Part shown: one piece after another, positions 61,691 through 64,000 of the stretch
Layout of the letters: each line of letters opens with the position of its first letter
How positions within the stretch are numbered: the stretch's first letter is position 1
Assembly: GCA_030390025.1 (NCBI GenBank)
Contig: CM059432.1
Coordinates: 65,598,001-65,662,000 of the forward strand
Length of the DNA: 64,000 nucleotides
Source: Squalus acanthias
Lineage: Eukaryota
Direction: 5' to 3'
The notes under the pieces: generated by a model
The model's input: the letters and a program-made list of their open reading frames with translations, nothing else
The model's database searches: none
Told to the model about the DNA's origin: nothing
Translations under genes and position numbers: made by a program

Positions 61691-63377
61691 ATAAGAAAAT
61701 AAGAAATAGGAGCAGGAGTAGGCCATTTGGCCCCTCGAGCCTGCTCCGCCATTCAATAAGATCATGGCTGATCTTCTACCTCAACTCCACTTTCCTTCAC
61801 TATCCCCATAGCCCTTGATTTCATTTATATCCAAAAATCTATCGATCTCTGTCTTGAATATACTCAACGACTAAGCCTCCACAGCCCTCTGCGGTAGAGA
61901 ATTCCAAAGATTCACCACCCTCTGAGTGAAGAAATTTCTCCTCATCTCAGTCCTAAATGGCCGACCCCTTATTCTGAGACTGTGACCCCTGGTTCTAGAC
62001 TCCCCAGCCAGGGGAAACATCCTCCCTGCATCTACCCTGTCAGGCCCTGTAAGAATGTTTCAATGAGATCACCTCTCATTCTTCTAAACTCCAGAGAATA
62101 TAGGCCGAGTCTACTCAATACCTCCTCATAGGACAATTCCCCCATCCCAGGAATTAGTCTGGTGAACCTTTGTTGCACTCCCTCTATGGCAAGTATATCC
62201 TTCCTTAGGGAAGGAGACTAAAACTGTACACAATACTCCAAGTGTGGTCTCACCAAAGCCCTATATAATTGCAGTAAGATGTCTTTACTCTTATACTCAA
62301 ATCCTCTTGTAATAAAGGGCAACATAACATTTGCTTTCCATTTGCTTGCATGTTAACTGTCAGTGATTCATGTATAAGGACACCCAGGTCCCTCTGACCA
62401 CCAACATTTCCCAATCTCTCACCATTTAAAAAATCCTCTGCTTTTCTATTTTTCTTACTAAAGTGAATAACTTTACATTTCTCCACATTATATTCCATTT
62501 GCCATGTTTGTGCCCATTCACTTACCTTGTCTATATCCCCTTGAAGCCTCTTTGCATCCTCCTCACAACTTACATTCCCACCCTGCTTTGTATTATAAGC
62601 AAACTTGGATATATTACATTTGGTCCCCTCATCCAAATCATTGATATAGATTGTGAATAGCTGAGGCCCAAGCACTGATCCTTGCGGTACCCCACTAGTT
62701 ACAGTCTGCCAACCCAAAAATGACACGTTTATTCCTACTCTGTTTTCTGTCCGTTAATGAATCCTCAATCCATATTACCCCCAATCCCATGAGCCCTAAT
62801 TTTGTTTAATAACCTCTTGTGTGGCACCTTCTCGAATGCCTTCTGAAAATCCAAGTACACCACATCCACTGGAAACCCCCTTATCTATTCTGCTAGTTAC
62901 AACCTCAAAAAACTCTAACAGATTCGTCAAACACGATTTCCCTTTCATAAATCCATGTTGACTCTGCCCAATCCTATTATTATTTTCTAACTGCCCTATT
63001 ACCTTAATAATAGATTCCAGCATTTTCCTTACTACTGATGTCAGGCTAACTGGTCTGTAGTCCCCCGTTTTCTCTCTCCCTCCTTTCTTAAATAGTGGGG
63101 TTACATTTGCTACCTTCCAATCCGTGGGAACCATTCTAGAATCTATGGAATTTTGGAAAATGACAACCAATGCATCCACTATCTCTGTAGCCACCTCTTT
63201 CAAAACCCTAGGATGTCATGGGGATTTATCGGCTTTCAGTCCCATTAATTTCTCCAGTACTATGTTTTTACTAATACTAATACTAATTTCTTTCAGTTCT
63301 TCATTCTCGCTAAACCCTTAGTTCACCACTATTTCCGGGAAGATTTTTACGTCTTCTTCCATGAAGACAGACACATA
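61690..63377 (-). mobile_element. CR1 LINE RT and 3' end, frameshifted
   Basis: [24 protein letters not shown]; 3' stem-loop at 61709-61747. Confidence 0.95.
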
Positions 63378-63850
63378 GGGCTGGATTTTCTCAGCCCCAA
63401 GGAGGCGGGTATGGAGGCGGGACTGCCGGGATAGTTGTAGAATTTGGGGGCGGGTGGCATCCCTGCCCCCAACCCGCCTCCGTGCCCTCTTGCCAGGAGG
63501 TGGGAAGCCGTCCTGCCCTGGGTCCCGTCTCCTTGGAGGCAGGAAGGGATTAAAGTCCATTAACTGCCTGTTAACAGATAGTTAACAGGCAGAAAATAGG
63601 ATTATCCCCATTTTTCATTCTGAAGTGCGGGCTTCCCGACCTGGGGGAACCCCGCCAGGGTGTAGGAGCCGAGTAAGAGGTCTGCGGGGGTCGGAGGGGT
63701 CTGAAAGTGCAATGTAGAGATGAGTGATGGGTGCAAGTGTGGAGTGGTAAGTGTGTGAGGTGAGTGTAAAGTGTTGGAAAATGTTAACTTACCTTTGTTT
63801 CTGCCTACAGCCTTCAGCCGCTGTGGAGCCGGAGTCCCAATATCTCCATT
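63378..63850. mobile_element. Harbinger-type MITE left part, abutting the CR1
   Basis: GGGCTGGATTTTC terminus; right end not found. Confidence 0.65.
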
Positions 63851-64000
63851 GTAGAGATCACAGACTGGCTGTTGGATCCTCCGATCCAATAATCATCTGT
63901 TTTCTACAAAGTAGAAAGGTTTGATGAGTTCTGAACACAAGGTATCATCAAACTACACAGAATGTCAGTGTTTGACAGCTTCACAGAGCTGTCAAATGAT

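Overview
This is a repeat-dominated vertebrate genomic window, not prokaryotic. The repeat mix (several CR1 LINE families, L2 LINEs, Penelope-like elements, Deu-domain tRNA SINEs, PIF/Harbinger transposons) suggests a cartilaginous fish (shark); this is an inference. Most ORFs in the track are decayed TE coding fragments or their antisense shadows. Main content: (i) more than a dozen CR1 copies, one with an uninterrupted 752-aa ORF2 fragment and one retaining the ORF1 esterase end plus APE and RT; (ii) a 2.4-kb L2; (iii) about eight pieces of two-gene Harbinger transposons (HARBI1-like DDE transposase plus an intron-containing Myb/SANT partner, convergent), the best at 54962-59277 carrying a solo LTR in an intron; (iv) many GG-terminated Harbinger-type MITEs, some G-quadruplex-rich, palindromic, or carrying promoter motifs plus stacked splice donors; (v) a 196-bp Penelope insert with a 5' inversion, a TSD and a minimal hammerhead ribozyme core; (vi) a 35/25-bp minisatellite. 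Host-gene signal is weak: candidate last exons at 2460-2548 and 4696-4818, and candidate first exons at 48758-48789 and 49911-50001. I could not name either gene. I found no wholly new system with confidence. The best leads are the hammerhead insert, two Harbinger-type insertions at the same CR1 codon, and the promoter/triple-donor MITE. Most element boundaries were read by eye and are approximate.
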